Origin: an uncultured Cellvibrionales bacterium
GTDB taxonomy: Bacteria; Pseudomonadota; Gammaproteobacteria; Pseudomonadales; UBA7239
Assembly (NCBI GenBank): GCA_937864065.1
Contig: CALMIC010000236.1
Span: 1-56,428 of the forward strand
Reading direction: 5' to 3'
DNA length: 56,428 nucleotides
The translations under genes were made by a program, and so were the position numbers. Below are positions 41,163-50,134 of this stretch, in pieces; positions within the stretch are counted from its first letter, which is position 1; each line of letters starts with the position of its first letter. A model generated the notes under the pieces. The model did not search any database. It was not told where the DNA came from and saw nothing but the letters and a program-made list of their open reading frames with translations.

Positions 41163-41928
41163 GTGGTTGCGCCACCTGGGCGCCTGGACAATCGACGCGC
41201 TGTGGAAACTCGGTTTCGCCAGCCGCTTCCTGCTGGCCATCGTGCTGCACTCCGGCCAGGTGTTGCTGCGGCCGCAGCTGCTGATCCGCGAGATGTTCTT
41301 CGCCGGCGTGCTGTCGCTGATCATCATCATGGTGTCCGGCCTGTTTGTCGGCATGGTGCTGGGCCTGCAGGGCTACAACACGCTGGTGCGCTTCGGCTCG
41401 GCCGATGCGCTGGGCACACTGGTGGCGCTGTCGCTGTTGCGCGAGCTGGGGCCGGTGCTGGCGGCGCTGCTGTTTGCCAGCCGCTCCGGTTCGGCGATGA
41501 CGGCCGAGATCGGCCTGATGAAGGCCACCGAACAGCTGGACGCCATGGCCGTGATGGCCGTGAACCCGGTGGCGCGGGTCATCGCACCGCGTTTCTGGGC
41601 CGGCGTGCTGTCGCTGCCGGTGCTGACGGCACTCTTCAACGTGATGGGCATTTTCGGCGGCTATTACGTCGGTGTGGTGCTGATCGGCCTGGACGAGGGC
41701 AGTTACTGGGCCCAGATGCAGAATGCGGTCGACCTGCATGACGACGTCATCAATGGCCTCATCAAGAGCGTCTTTTTCGGTATTGCCGTAACGCTGATTG
41801 CTGTGTTCGAGGGCTATGATGCCGAGCCGACTGCAGCGGGCGTCTCGTCGGCGACCACGCGCACGGTGGTGACGTCCGCGCTGGTGATCCTGGCGATGGA
41901 TTTTGTACTGACGGCCTTCATGTTCTGA
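41155..41928 (+). CDS. mlaE: Phospholipid ABC transporter permease MlaE
   Basis: The GTG at 41155 overlaps the mlaF end. 257 aa: ...GADALGTLVALSLLRELGPVLAALLFASRSGSAMTAEIGLMKATEQLDAM... Confidence 0.9.
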   Translation: MFEWLRHLGAWTIDALWKLGFASRFLLAIVLHSGQVLLRPQLLIREMFFAGVLSLIIIMVSGLFVGMVLGLQGYNTLVRFGSADALGTLVALSLLRELGPVLAALLFASRSGSAMTAEIGLMKATEQLDAMAVMAVNPVARVIAPRFWAGVLSLPVLTALFNVMGIFGGYYVGVVLIGLDEGSYWAQMQNAVDLHDDVINGLIKSVFFGIAVTLIAVFEGYDAEPTAAGVSSATTRTVVTSALVILAMDFVLTAFMF

Positions 41929-41956
41929 TGGCGGTCGCAGCAGGGGTGAGAACGGG

Positions 41957-42427
41957 ATGAAACGGGCAACGATAGATCTGTGGGTGGGCATTTTTGTCGC
42001 GATCGGGCTGGCTTCGGTGAGCTTCCTGTCGCTGAAAGTGGCCAACCTCACCAGCAGCAACGGCGGTGCGACCTACGCGCTGTATGCCGAGTTCGACAAT
42101 ATCGGCGGCCTGAAAGTGAAGGCACCGGTCAAATCGTCCGGCGTGGTGGTCGGACGCGTGACCGGCATCGAGCTCAATGCCGACAATTACCGCGCACGCG
42201 TGTCGCTGGCACTGGACCAGAAATTTGCCTTCAGCCGCGACACCAGTGCGGAAATCCTGACGGCCGGCCTGCTGGGCGAGCAGTACATCGGCCTCACGCA
42301 GGGCGGCGAGGAGGATGTGCTGAAAGAGGGCGACCGCATCGCGCTGACCTCGTCGGCGATGGTGCTGGAACAGCTGATTGGCAAGTTCATGACCTCGATG
42401 GCCGAAAAGCCGGCCTCGGGCAAGTAA
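41957..42427 (+). CDS. mlaD: MCE-domain protein MlaD
   Basis: N-terminal TM anchor followed by the MCE domain: YALYAEFDNIGGLKVKAPVKSSGVVVGRVTGIEL. Confidence 0.9.
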   Translation: MKRATIDLWVGIFVAIGLASVSFLSLKVANLTSSNGGATYALYAEFDNIGGLKVKAPVKSSGVVVGRVTGIELNADNYRARVSLALDQKFAFSRDTSAEILTAGLLGEQYIGLTQGGEEDVLKEGDRIALTSSAMVLEQLIGKFMTSMAEKPASGK

Positions 42428-42444
42428 CCGCGGAGACAGAGACA

Positions 42445-43071
42445 ATGAAAAGCTGGTTGATGGCATTGCTGATGGTCTTTTCACCGCTGCTGGTCGCCGA
42501 GGAAAACCCGGCGGTACTGGTGCGTGAGACCTCGGAAAAAGTCCGCATGTTGTTGCTGAAGGAAGACGGCAGCAATACCGATGCTGTGCGCGCCGAGGTG
42601 CAGCAGGTGCTGTACCCGCGCTTCGACTTCACCCGTATGACCGCACTGGCCGTGGGCAAGCACTGGAAACAGGCTACGCCGGAACAGAAAACCGCGCTGA
42701 CTGACGAGTTCCGCACGCTGCTGACGCGCACCTATTTCTCGACGATGCTGCGTTACCGCGATGTAGCGATCAATATCAAGGGCGAGCCTTTGCTCGAAAA
42801 CGAAGGTAAGGAAGCGACCGTCAAGACCGATGTGAAAGTCGCCACCGCCCAGCAGCCCGTGCTGATCGACTACGTGCTGTATCACACGGCGGAAGGCTGG
42901 AAAGTGTTCAATGTCAGTGTCGAGGGCGCGAGCCTGGTCACTGTCTACCGCAACCAGTTCGGCGACGAAGTGAGCAAGGGCGGCATCGATGGCCTCATCC
43001 AGTCGCTGAAGGCCAAGAATGCCGCGCCGGCGCCGCAGAGCGCGGCGGCCGCGACCCCGGTGCAGTCCTGA
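42445..43071 (+). CDS. mlaC: Periplasmic phospholipid-binding protein MlaC (Ttg2D/toluene tolerance family)
   Basis: Internal ATG at 42445 of ORF 41980-43071. A signal peptide is followed by ...FDFTRMTALAVGKHWKQATPEQKTALTDEFRTLLTRTY...WKVFNVSVEGASLV. Confidence 0.85.
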   Translation: MKSWLMALLMVFSPLLVAEENPAVLVRETSEKVRMLLLKEDGSNTDAVRAEVQQVLYPRFDFTRMTALAVGKHWKQATPEQKTALTDEFRTLLTRTYFSTMLRYRDVAINIKGEPLLENEGKEATVKTDVKVATAQQPVLIDYVLYHTAEGWKVFNVSVEGASLVTVYRNQFGDEVSKGGIDGLIQSLKAKNAAPAPQSAAAATPVQS

Positions 43072-43089
43072 GTCCTGGTACTGACGCCG

Positions 43090-43395
43090 ATGCTTGAGGC
43101 GCTGTCAGCCAGTTACTACCGCCTGCATGGCGATATCGACATGCAGGAAAGCTCGCAGTTGTTGCGTGAATTGCTGGCGCTGCCCGCAGGCATGCAGGCC
43201 GTTACGCTGACTCTGGATGTGGGTGGTGTCGGCACCGCTGATTCACTGTTGCTGGCCGCGTTGCTCGACCTGCGCCGCAAGCTGGAGGGCAGGGGCTGCC
43301 GGCTGCACGTGCGCGGGCTGCCGGAGGGCTTGCGCGGCCTGGCCCGCGTTTACGGTATAGAATCGCTGCTCGAACCCGTGCTGGAACAAGCCTGA
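43090..43395 (+). CDS. mlaB: STAS-domain protein MlaB
   Basis: 101 aa in the MlaB position, with a STAS-like pattern: LDVGGVGTADSLLLAALLDLRRKL. Confidence 0.75.
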   Translation: MLEALSASYYRLHGDIDMQESSQLLRELLALPAGMQAVTLTLDVGGVGTADSLLLAALLDLRRKLEGRGCRLHVRGLPEGLRGLARVYGIESLLEPVLEQA

Positions 43396-43399
43396 CCTT

Positions 43400-44122
43400 A
43401 TGAAACGCCGCCTGTTGTTGCTCCCCGCTCTGTTGCTGCTGTCCGGTTGTGCCGGCTGGTGGGAGCATCCGCGCGACCCGCTGGAGCCGATGAACCGGGC
43501 CATCTACCGTTTCAACGAGGAAGCGGATCGCTATGTGATGAAGCCGGTCGCCGAAACCTACCGCGATGTCACGCCGGATCCCGTGCGCATAAGCATCCGC
43601 CGTTTCTTCAACAACCTCGGCGATGCATCCAGTGCTGTCAATTACACGCTGCAGGCGAGGCCTGAGCCTGCGTTCTACAGTTTTGCCCGTTTCACCCTCA
43701 ACTCGACGGCCGGTGTGCTCGGCTTTTTCGACGTGACGGGTGAGGACGAGCGTCGCTTTGCCCAGACCGGCTTCGGCGACACCTTTGCCCGCTGGGGCTG
43801 GAAGAACAGCAGCTATTTCGTGATCCCGCTGCTGGGGCCTTCCACCCTGCGCGATGGCACTGGCCTGGTGGCGGGTTCTGCCTTCCAGAACAACGTGCTT
43901 TACGGTAGCCCGCATGATGATGCGTTGATGCTGTCTGGTGTGGCGGGGGCCGTGAGCACCCGCGAGCGTTTGCTCGGGCTGGAGGAGACGGTCAAGGGCG
44001 CTGCCCTGGATCCTTATGCCTATACCCGTGACGGCTGGTTGCAGATGCGCGCCCGCACCACGGGCGACGACCCGCCGCAATCGGCCGACGAAGACATCGA
44101 TATCGACGATCTGGTGGAGTGA
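43400..44122 (+). CDS. mlaA: Outer-membrane lipoprotein MlaA/VacJ
   Basis: Lipobox LLLSGC. DPLEPMNRAIYRFNEEADRYVMKPVAETYRDVTP...FFNNLGD is the VacJ signature. Confidence 0.88.
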   Translation: MKRRLLLLPALLLLSGCAGWWEHPRDPLEPMNRAIYRFNEEADRYVMKPVAETYRDVTPDPVRISIRRFFNNLGDASSAVNYTLQARPEPAFYSFARFTLNSTAGVLGFFDVTGEDERRFAQTGFGDTFARWGWKNSSYFVIPLLGPSTLRDGTGLVAGSAFQNNVLYGSPHDDALMLSGVAGAVSTRERLLGLEETVKGAALDPYAYTRDGWLQMRARTTGDDPPQSADEDIDIDDLVE

Positions 44123-44194
44123 CGCTGGCCCGGTCTTGCCTTATGCTCTTCTCACAAAGGAAACCATCCCTTAATAACGTGAAGGACAAGCCGG

Positions 44195-45961
44195 ATGGCC
44201 GCCAGCCCTGCGCAATCGAGTGTGTTATCGCAGCACCAGCTGTTCATGCTGGTGCGCGGCCACTTGCTTGAGCGCTTGCGGCTGGTCTTCGATCTGTGCG
44301 AAAGCCAGTTGCTGGCGTCGGGCGAATCGCCCTTCCTCTGTTGTGACCTGCGCCGCAGCCGCCGCTCCTTCATGGACAATTTCCTCAGCCACCTGCAGCT
44401 GCGCTGTGAGGAACCCGGCCGCAGCTGGGTTATCGGCAGTTCGGCAGGCGTGCGCCACGCCCGTACCCTGATCCACCTTGCCGCTGCCGACAGCAGTGTC
44501 CGTTCACTGTGTGAGCAACAGGCTGCCGCCTTCGGCAGGTTGGCAGCAGCCTGGAACCAGCAGACCGGGCTCACGACCGGTGTGCTCGATTGCCCGCTGT
44601 CGCCCCATACCATCACCCGTTTGTTCTTCCTGTTGCTGCCCGATTTGCCGGTGCCATTGCGTATCCGCTGCCGCCTGGGGCATGTGTTCTGCGACCAGTT
44701 GCCAGCCACGGCCGAGTTGCTGTGCCAGACGGTGACGAACATGCTGCAACGCCGTGGTGTGCTCGTGGCCGCCATGCAGCCGCTTGCCCTGCCGGAGTGG
44801 TGGCAGCCGCTGGAAAAACCGCGCCAGCCGTCCGTCGCAGCCCAGGCACTGGTGGTGCCGCCACGGCTGGTGGACCGCGCGTCGGCCTTGGCCACCGACT
44901 TGTCGATGCTGGCACAGTCCGGCCAAATGGGCAGGCTGGTCGACATACTGGCCGGTGAACGGCAGACCCTGTTGTTGCCATGGCTGTTGCGCCAGCTGGA
45001 TCCGGCGAGCAGTGATTTGCCGCCCACCGGACGCGAGATCCTGGGCCTGCTGGCCGGTCCGCTGTTGAAGGCAGCCTGTGAGCAGGGTTTTGCCGACGCC
45101 ATGCACCCGGCGCGCCGGGTGGTGGAGGAACTGTTGCGCTGGGCGCCCGGTTGGGAAGACAGGCTCGGCCTTGAAGGTTTCGTGCCGGAGTACTGCCGGG
45201 AAAAGGCGCTGGCACTGGCGCGGGGTGACAATGGCGGCTGGGCCGACCTGCTCGATTACCTGCTGCAACTCGGCAAGCGCGTACAGCAGGACAGTTCGGC
45301 GGTGGTGGCCAGTACCCGCTTGTCGCTGCAGGTGACCGAGGTGCGGGCGGAAGTGGACAACTTGCTGGCCGAACGCGCCGGGCTTGAGTACTGGCCGCAG
45401 GTGGTCATCGACATCCTGCATGAATCCTGGGCGGCCTTGCTGATGGCTATCCACTGGCAAGAGGGCAAGGCATCGGATGCCTGGCTCCATGCCATTGCTG
45501 TGGCTGATGAGCTGCTGGCTTCGGTGCAGCCGGGGGTTGACCGGCAAATGCGCCAGCGGTTGATCCAGCGGGTCACGCAACTGCTGCAAAGCCTGCGCCG
45601 GGGCTTCGAAAAGGTCGGTGTCGAGCGCAAGCACTATGCAGTGTTATTGCAACGGCTGGAAAAGGTGCATCTCGCGCTGTTGCAGGGCGTTGAGCCGGAT
45701 GCACTGCCGGAGCCTGCTGCCTTGTGGCCGCCGGTGGCGCCGCTGCCCGCCCGTGACGAGCCGTTCGAGGTGGGTCACTGGCTGCGCCGTGAGGATGGCA
45801 GTGTGTTCTCGGTACAGTTTTCCGATCCCTGGTGCACGGTACTGCTCGACACGCACAGCGCCTGCCTGGAAAGCTGCAGTACGGCTGCGCTGCAGGCCGC
45901 CTTCTACGATGGCAACCTTGTGTTGCTGCCGTCGCCGCGTCCCTTGCTGTCTGCCACTTGA
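44195..45961 (+). CDS. Large cytoplasmic protein, possibly DUF1631 family
   Basis: 588 aa with no TM segments. The central motif MHPARRVVEELL and the C-terminal EVGHWLRREDGS...VLLD resemble the DUF1631 signatures as I remember them (HPAR..L.EL; G.W.EF). The family assignment is tentative. Confidence 0.55.
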   Translation: MAASPAQSSVLSQHQLFMLVRGHLLERLRLVFDLCESQLLASGESPFLCCDLRRSRRSFMDNFLSHLQLRCEEPGRSWVIGSSAGVRHARTLIHLAAADSSVRSLCEQQAAAFGRLAAAWNQQTGLTTGVLDCPLSPHTITRLFFLLLPDLPVPLRIRCRLGHVFCDQLPATAELLCQTVTNMLQRRGVLVAAMQPLALPEWWQPLEKPRQPSVAAQALVVPPRLVDRASALATDLSMLAQSGQMGRLVDILAGERQTLLLPWLLRQLDPASSDLPPTGREILGLLAGPLLKAACEQGFADAMHPARRVVEELLRWAPGWEDRLGLEGFVPEYCREKALALARGDNGGWADLLDYLLQLGKRVQQDSSAVVASTRLSLQVTEVRAEVDNLLAERAGLEYWPQVVIDILHESWAALLMAIHWQEGKASDAWLHAIAVADELLASVQPGVDRQMRQRLIQRVTQLLQSLRRGFEKVGVERKHYAVLLQRLEKVHLALLQGVEPDALPEPAALWPPVAPLPARDEPFEVGHWLRREDGSVFSVQFSDPWCTVLLDTHSACLESCSTAALQAAFYDGNLVLLPSPRPLLSAT

Positions 45962-46536
45962 TGGCTGATTGCTGCCACAGTCCAGCGGCCGTGCAGAATC
46001 CCTGGTTGCGCGGCGTCAGGATCGTGCCGTCGCCGAATTGCAATGCGCGTCCTGCCGCCAGCGTTGTTGACCTGCTGGTCATCCACAACATCAGCCTCCC
46101 GCCCGGCGAATTCGGCAGTGGCCATATCGATGCGCTGTTCAGCAATACGCTGGATTGCGCTGCCCACCCGTATTTTGCCTGCCTGCGCGGCTTGCAGGTG
46201 TCGGCACATTTCCTTATCGATCGCAGCGGTACGGTCACCCAGTATGTGCCGCTGGCACTGCGCGCGTGGCACGCGGGCGTGTCGCAGTGGGAAGGGCGCG
46301 ACAACTGCAACGATTATTCGGTCGGCATCGAGCTGGAGGGGACGGATACCATGCCCTTTACCGATGCGCAGTACCAGGCACTGGCGGGCTTGACGCGCGT
46401 GTTGCAGCAACAGTTTCCGGCCATCACGCCGGCGCGCATTGTCGGCCACAGTGACATCGCGCCGGCGCGCAAGACGGATCCGGGGCCGCACTTTGACTGG
46501 GCGCGTTTCCGCGCGAGCCTGGTGCAGGCAGTGTGA
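45961..46536 (+). CDS. ampD: 1,6-anhydro-N-acetylmuramyl-L-alanine amidase AmpD
   Basis: The internal ATG at 45961 of ORF 45832-46536 overlaps the upstream stop. SPNCNARP...LLVIHNISLPPGEFG...VSAHFLIDRSGTVTQYV...AWHAGVSQW...NDYSVGIELEG...GHSDIAPARKTDPGP. Confidence 0.9.
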   Translation: MADCCHSPAAVQNPWLRGVRIVPSPNCNARPAASVVDLLVIHNISLPPGEFGSGHIDALFSNTLDCAAHPYFACLRGLQVSAHFLIDRSGTVTQYVPLALRAWHAGVSQWEGRDNCNDYSVGIELEGTDTMPFTDAQYQALAGLTRVLQQQFPAITPARIVGHSDIAPARKTDPGPHFDWARFRASLVQAV

Positions 46537-46575
46537 TATTCTGCGCGCCGTTTCCCTGCATTACCCGATGCCACC

Positions 46576-47541
46576 ATGACAGCTCCTGCCATCGATATAG
46601 ACGCCTTGCGCAACGGTAACCGCCGCGCGCTGGCCAAGGCCATCACGCTGATCGAAAGCCGGCGCGAAGACCATCGCGCTGCTGCGCAACAGGTACTGGA
46701 AGCGGTGCTGCCATACACCGGCAACAGTGTGCGCATCGGTATCACGGGCGTGCCCGGCGTCGGCAAATCCACGTTCATCGAGGCGTTTGGCTTGTACCTG
46801 TTGTCGCAGGGCAAGAAGGTGGCCGTGCTGGCGGTGGACCCGAGTTCACCGGTCGCGGGTGGCAGTATCCTCGGCGACAAGACGCGCATGGAAGAACTGT
46901 CGCGCCGTGACGAGGCGTTTATCCGTCCGTCCCCGTCCGAAGGCGCGCTGGGTGGTGTGGCGCACAAGACGCGCGAAACCATGCTGCTGTGCGAGGCGGC
47001 CGGTTATGACGTCATCATTGTCGAGACGGTGGGTGTCGGCCAGTCGGAATACGAAGTGGCCAGCATGGTCGATTTTTTCCTGGTGCTGATGTTGCCGAAT
47101 GCTGGTGACGAGTTGCAGGGCATCAAGCGCGGCATCATGGAGCTTGCTGATGGCCTGGTGGTCAACAAGGCCGATGGTGACGGTGCGGTGTTTGCCGAGC
47201 AGACCCGCCATCACTACCAGAACGCGCTGATGCTGCTGAAGCACCCGGATTTCTGGCAGCCGCGGGTGATCTGCTGTTCGGCGTTGCAGCAGCAGGCCAT
47301 CGACAATGTCTGGGCGATGGTCAGCGATTACTGCGCAGCCAGCACGGCGGCCGGCGAGTTTGCCGGCAAGCGTGCGCAGCAGAATGTTGAATGGATGAAG
47401 AAACTGCTGCACGAGATGATCGACCTGCGCCTGCAGCAGAACCCGCAAGTCGCCGCCCGTATGCCGGCGCTCAACAGCGAACTGGTGAGCGGCCGCATCA
47501 CACCGTACAAGGCCGCCCGCGAATTGCTCGGTTTTTTATAA
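46576..47541 (+). CDS. meaB: MeaB/ArgK-family G3E GTPase (methylmalonyl-CoA mutase accessory type)
   Basis: 321 aa with P-loop GVPGVGKST, then VAVLAVDPSSPVAGGSILGDKTRM and VETVGVGQSE. Confidence 0.88.
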   Translation: MTAPAIDIDALRNGNRRALAKAITLIESRREDHRAAAQQVLEAVLPYTGNSVRIGITGVPGVGKSTFIEAFGLYLLSQGKKVAVLAVDPSSPVAGGSILGDKTRMEELSRRDEAFIRPSPSEGALGGVAHKTRETMLLCEAAGYDVIIVETVGVGQSEYEVASMVDFFLVLMLPNAGDELQGIKRGIMELADGLVVNKADGDGAVFAEQTRHHYQNALMLLKHPDFWQPRVICCSALQQQAIDNVWAMVSDYCAASTAAGEFAGKRAQQNVEWMKKLLHEMIDLRLQQNPQVAARMPALNSELVSGRITPYKAARELLGFL

Positions 47542-48357
47542 TCAATTGGCCAACAACGCCTTCCAGTCAAACGACGGATCGCCGATGACGTGGAAAAACG
47601 GGTTGAGGATGTCGTCTTTCGTGTTGTAACGCATCACGTCCAGTTTTTCCGTCAGCACCTGTCCACCAGCAGCTTCCACCACGGCCTGTGCCGCAGCGGT
47701 GTCCCACTCGGAAGTCAGCGCAAGGCGGGGGTAGATGTCGGCGGTGCCTTCGGCCACCAGGCACAGCTTCAGCGAGCTGCCCATATTTTTCAGTTGTACC
47801 TCTCCGAGTTGGGCGCCGATTTTCGCCAGCAGGGCATCGACCGCGTCGGCACCGTGCGAACGGCTCGCTACCACCGCCACCGGTTCACCGTTGCGTGCGT
47901 GCATCTTGCGGGTATGGATCGCGCTGGCCTGGCCTTTCTCGTACTTGAAGGCACCACCACCTTTCACCCCGGTGTAGCTGATATCGAGCACCGGCACATG
48001 CACCACGCCGAGCACCGGCTCGCCGTTCTCGACCAGCGCGATGTTGACGGTGAACTCGCCATTGCGCTTGATGAATTCCTTGGTGCCGTCCAGCGGGTCG
48101 ATGATCCAGTAACGGTTCCAGGTCTTGCGCGTCGCCCAATCGGGCAGCTTGCCTTCTTCCGACAGCACCGGTACACCGTCGAGCAGCGCCAGCAGGCCAG
48201 GCTCAAGGATCTTGTGGGCGTTGAGGTCGGCCTGCGTCAGCGGTGAGTCATCCGCCTTCATGTCAACGTTGAAATCGGCAGTGTTGTACACGGCGAGGAT
48301 GGCGTCGCCGGCTTCGCGCGCGAGTTGCAGGACCTGGGGGAGGAGGTTGGCGTACAT
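47542..48357 (-). CDS. cysQ: 3'(2'),5'-bisphosphate nucleotidase CysQ
   Basis: Internal ATG at 48357 of ORF 47542-48462: SEEG..., the inositol-monophosphatase motif WIIDPLDGTKEF, and WDTAAAQAV. Confidence 0.88.
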   Translation of the reverse strand: MYANLLPQVLQLAREAGDAILAVYNTADFNVDMKADDSPLTQADLNAHKILEPGLLALLDGVPVLSEEGKLPDWATRKTWNRYWIIDPLDGTKEFIKRNGEFTVNIALVENGEPVLGVVHVPVLDISYTGVKGGGAFKYEKGQASAIHTRKMHARNGEPVAVVASRSHGADAVDALLAKIGAQLGEVQLKNMGSSLKLCLVAEGTADIYPRLALTSEWDTAAAQAVVEAAGGQVLTEKLDVMRYNTKDDILNPFFHVIGDPSFDWKALLAN

Positions 48358-48409
48358 GGGATGTCCTTCAGTAAACAAGGCACCAACTATAACAGAGCGA
48401 AACGGGATG

Positions 48410-50104
48410 TCAGGGCTGCCAATCCACCCGGTGGTCGATGAGGTAATCATCGACGGCAGCACCCACCGTCGGGTGGAAGATGCCGGCGCCGCCCATGCGG
48501 TTGAACAGCTCGAACTGTTTCATCTTGTCTTTCACCGGGCCTTTCATTTCGGCGAAATGCAGTTCGATGCCGTCAGCTTGCAGCTGGGCAAACAGTTCAG
48601 CAAGCATGTCGGCGGATGTCACGTCGATGCTGGTGACGGGTTCTGCAGCCACAATGATGCGCTTCACCGGTGTCGGCGAGCTGCTCACCGCCTGCAGGAT
48701 GTTGGTGTGGAATAACTCCGCATTGGCAAAGAACAGCGGGGCGTCCCAGCGGAACAGCACGAGCCCCGGTACGCGGCGTGCGTCCGGATGGCGCTTGGTG
48801 TCGTGGAAGCCGCGCACGCCCTGCACGCGCCCGAGCACGGCATAGTGCGGGCGCCAGCCATCCCAGAGGAATTCGATCACGGCGAGGATGATGGCCAGCA
48901 TGATCCCCTCGATCGCCCCCAACACCGCCACGCCGGCAAAACACACCATGGACAGCCAGAACTCCCAGCGCTGGATGCGGTAGATGCGCCTGAGATCGCT
49001 GAATTCGAACAGGCCGATCGCGGACGCAATCACCACGGCGGCCAGTGCGCTGGTAGGCAGGTCCTGCAACAGGTTGGGTGCATAAACCAGCAGCAGGGCG
49101 ACGCAGAGTGCTCCCACCACACCGGTCAACTGGGTTTTGGAACCGGAGGCTTCCGCGACCGGTGTGCGGGATGAACTGCTGCTGATCGGGAAGCCCTGGA
49201 AAAAACCGGCCGCGAGATTGGCGGCACCCAGCCCGATCATTTCCTGGTTGGGATCCACGGACTGCCTGGTCTTGGCGGCATAGGTGCGTGACAGCACGCT
49301 GGTATCGGCGAAGGATACCAGTGCCACGGCGATGCCGCCGATGACCACCGCTTTCACGTCTTCCGGGTGAATCAATGGCAGCTTGAATGTCGGCAAACCT
49401 TGCGGCAGGGTACCGAGCACCTTGACGCCCTGTTGCCCGAGATCGAGCCAGCCGGTAACCACGGTGGCGCCGACCACGGCGATCAGGATGCCGGGGATGC
49501 GCTGGTAGGGTTTCAGCAACAGGATAGTGCCCAGTGTGGTGGTGCCGATGATGACGGTGGCGGGATGGATTTTGCCGGCCAGGATCGCGTCGCCAATCAG
49601 GTAGATGTTGTGCAGTGGCCCCATGCCGTCAATCGAGAAGCCGAACAACTTCGGCAACTGGCTGATCAACACGGTCAGGGCGATGCCGTTCATGTAACCG
49701 TAGCGGATCGGCTTGGACAGCAGCTCGGTGATGAAGCCCAGCCGCAGCACACCGGCAAGGATGCAGGCGATGCCGGACACGATCGCCATCATGCCCGCCA
49801 GTGCCACGGCGCGCGCAGGATCGCCCAGTGACAGGGGCGCTACCACCGCGAGGATCAGTGCCGCCAGCGACGAGTCCGGCCCCAGCACCATGATGCGGCT
49901 CGGGCCGAACAGGGCATACGCCAGCAGCGGGATGATGGTGGCATAGAGGCCATAGATGCCGGGAACACCGGAGGCCTCGGCGTAGGCAATGCCCACCGGC
50001 ACCAGCATGGTGGTGAGCACCAGCCCGGCAGCGATGTCTTTGCCCAGCCATTCCGCGCGGTATGCACGCAGGGTTTCCCAGCCGGGCAGCCACTGACCTA
50101 TCAA
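48410..50104 (-). CDS. SulP-family anion (sulfate) permease with C-terminal STAS domain
   Basis: 564 aa: DIAAGLVLTTMLVPVGIAYAEASGVPGIYGLYATIIPLLAYALFGPSR... followed by a STAS tail. Confidence 0.9.
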   Translation of the reverse strand: MIGQWLPGWETLRAYRAEWLGKDIAAGLVLTTMLVPVGIAYAEASGVPGIYGLYATIIPLLAYALFGPSRIMVLGPDSSLAALILAVVAPLSLGDPARAVALAGMMAIVSGIACILAGVLRLGFITELLSKPIRYGYMNGIALTVLISQLPKLFGFSIDGMGPLHNIYLIGDAILAGKIHPATVIIGTTTLGTILLLKPYQRIPGILIAVVGATVVTGWLDLGQQGVKVLGTLPQGLPTFKLPLIHPEDVKAVVIGGIAVALVSFADTSVLSRTYAAKTRQSVDPNQEMIGLGAANLAAGFFQGFPISSSSSRTPVAEASGSKTQLTGVVGALCVALLLVYAPNLLQDLPTSALAAVVIASAIGLFEFSDLRRIYRIQRWEFWLSMVCFAGVAVLGAIEGIMLAIILAVIEFLWDGWRPHYAVLGRVQGVRGFHDTKRHPDARRVPGLVLFRWDAPLFFANAELFHTNILQAVSSSPTPVKRIIVAAEPVTSIDVTSADMLAELFAQLQADGIELHFAEMKGPVKDKMKQFELFNRMGGAGIFHPTVGAAVDDYLIDHRVDWQP

Positions 50105-50134
50105 GCAGAACCTCTCACTGCATGCAGCCTGTTT

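Noticed and set aside
37669-41354. Two abutting minus-strand ORFs of 616 aa (37669-39519) and 612 aa (39516-41354)
   Set aside because: They are antisense to nadC (a different frame of the same strand over part of it), the SDR, ygjP, the 151-aa ORF and mlaF, all of which carry clear motifs. Their compositions (R/A/G/H/P-rich) and lack of domains mark them as artefacts.
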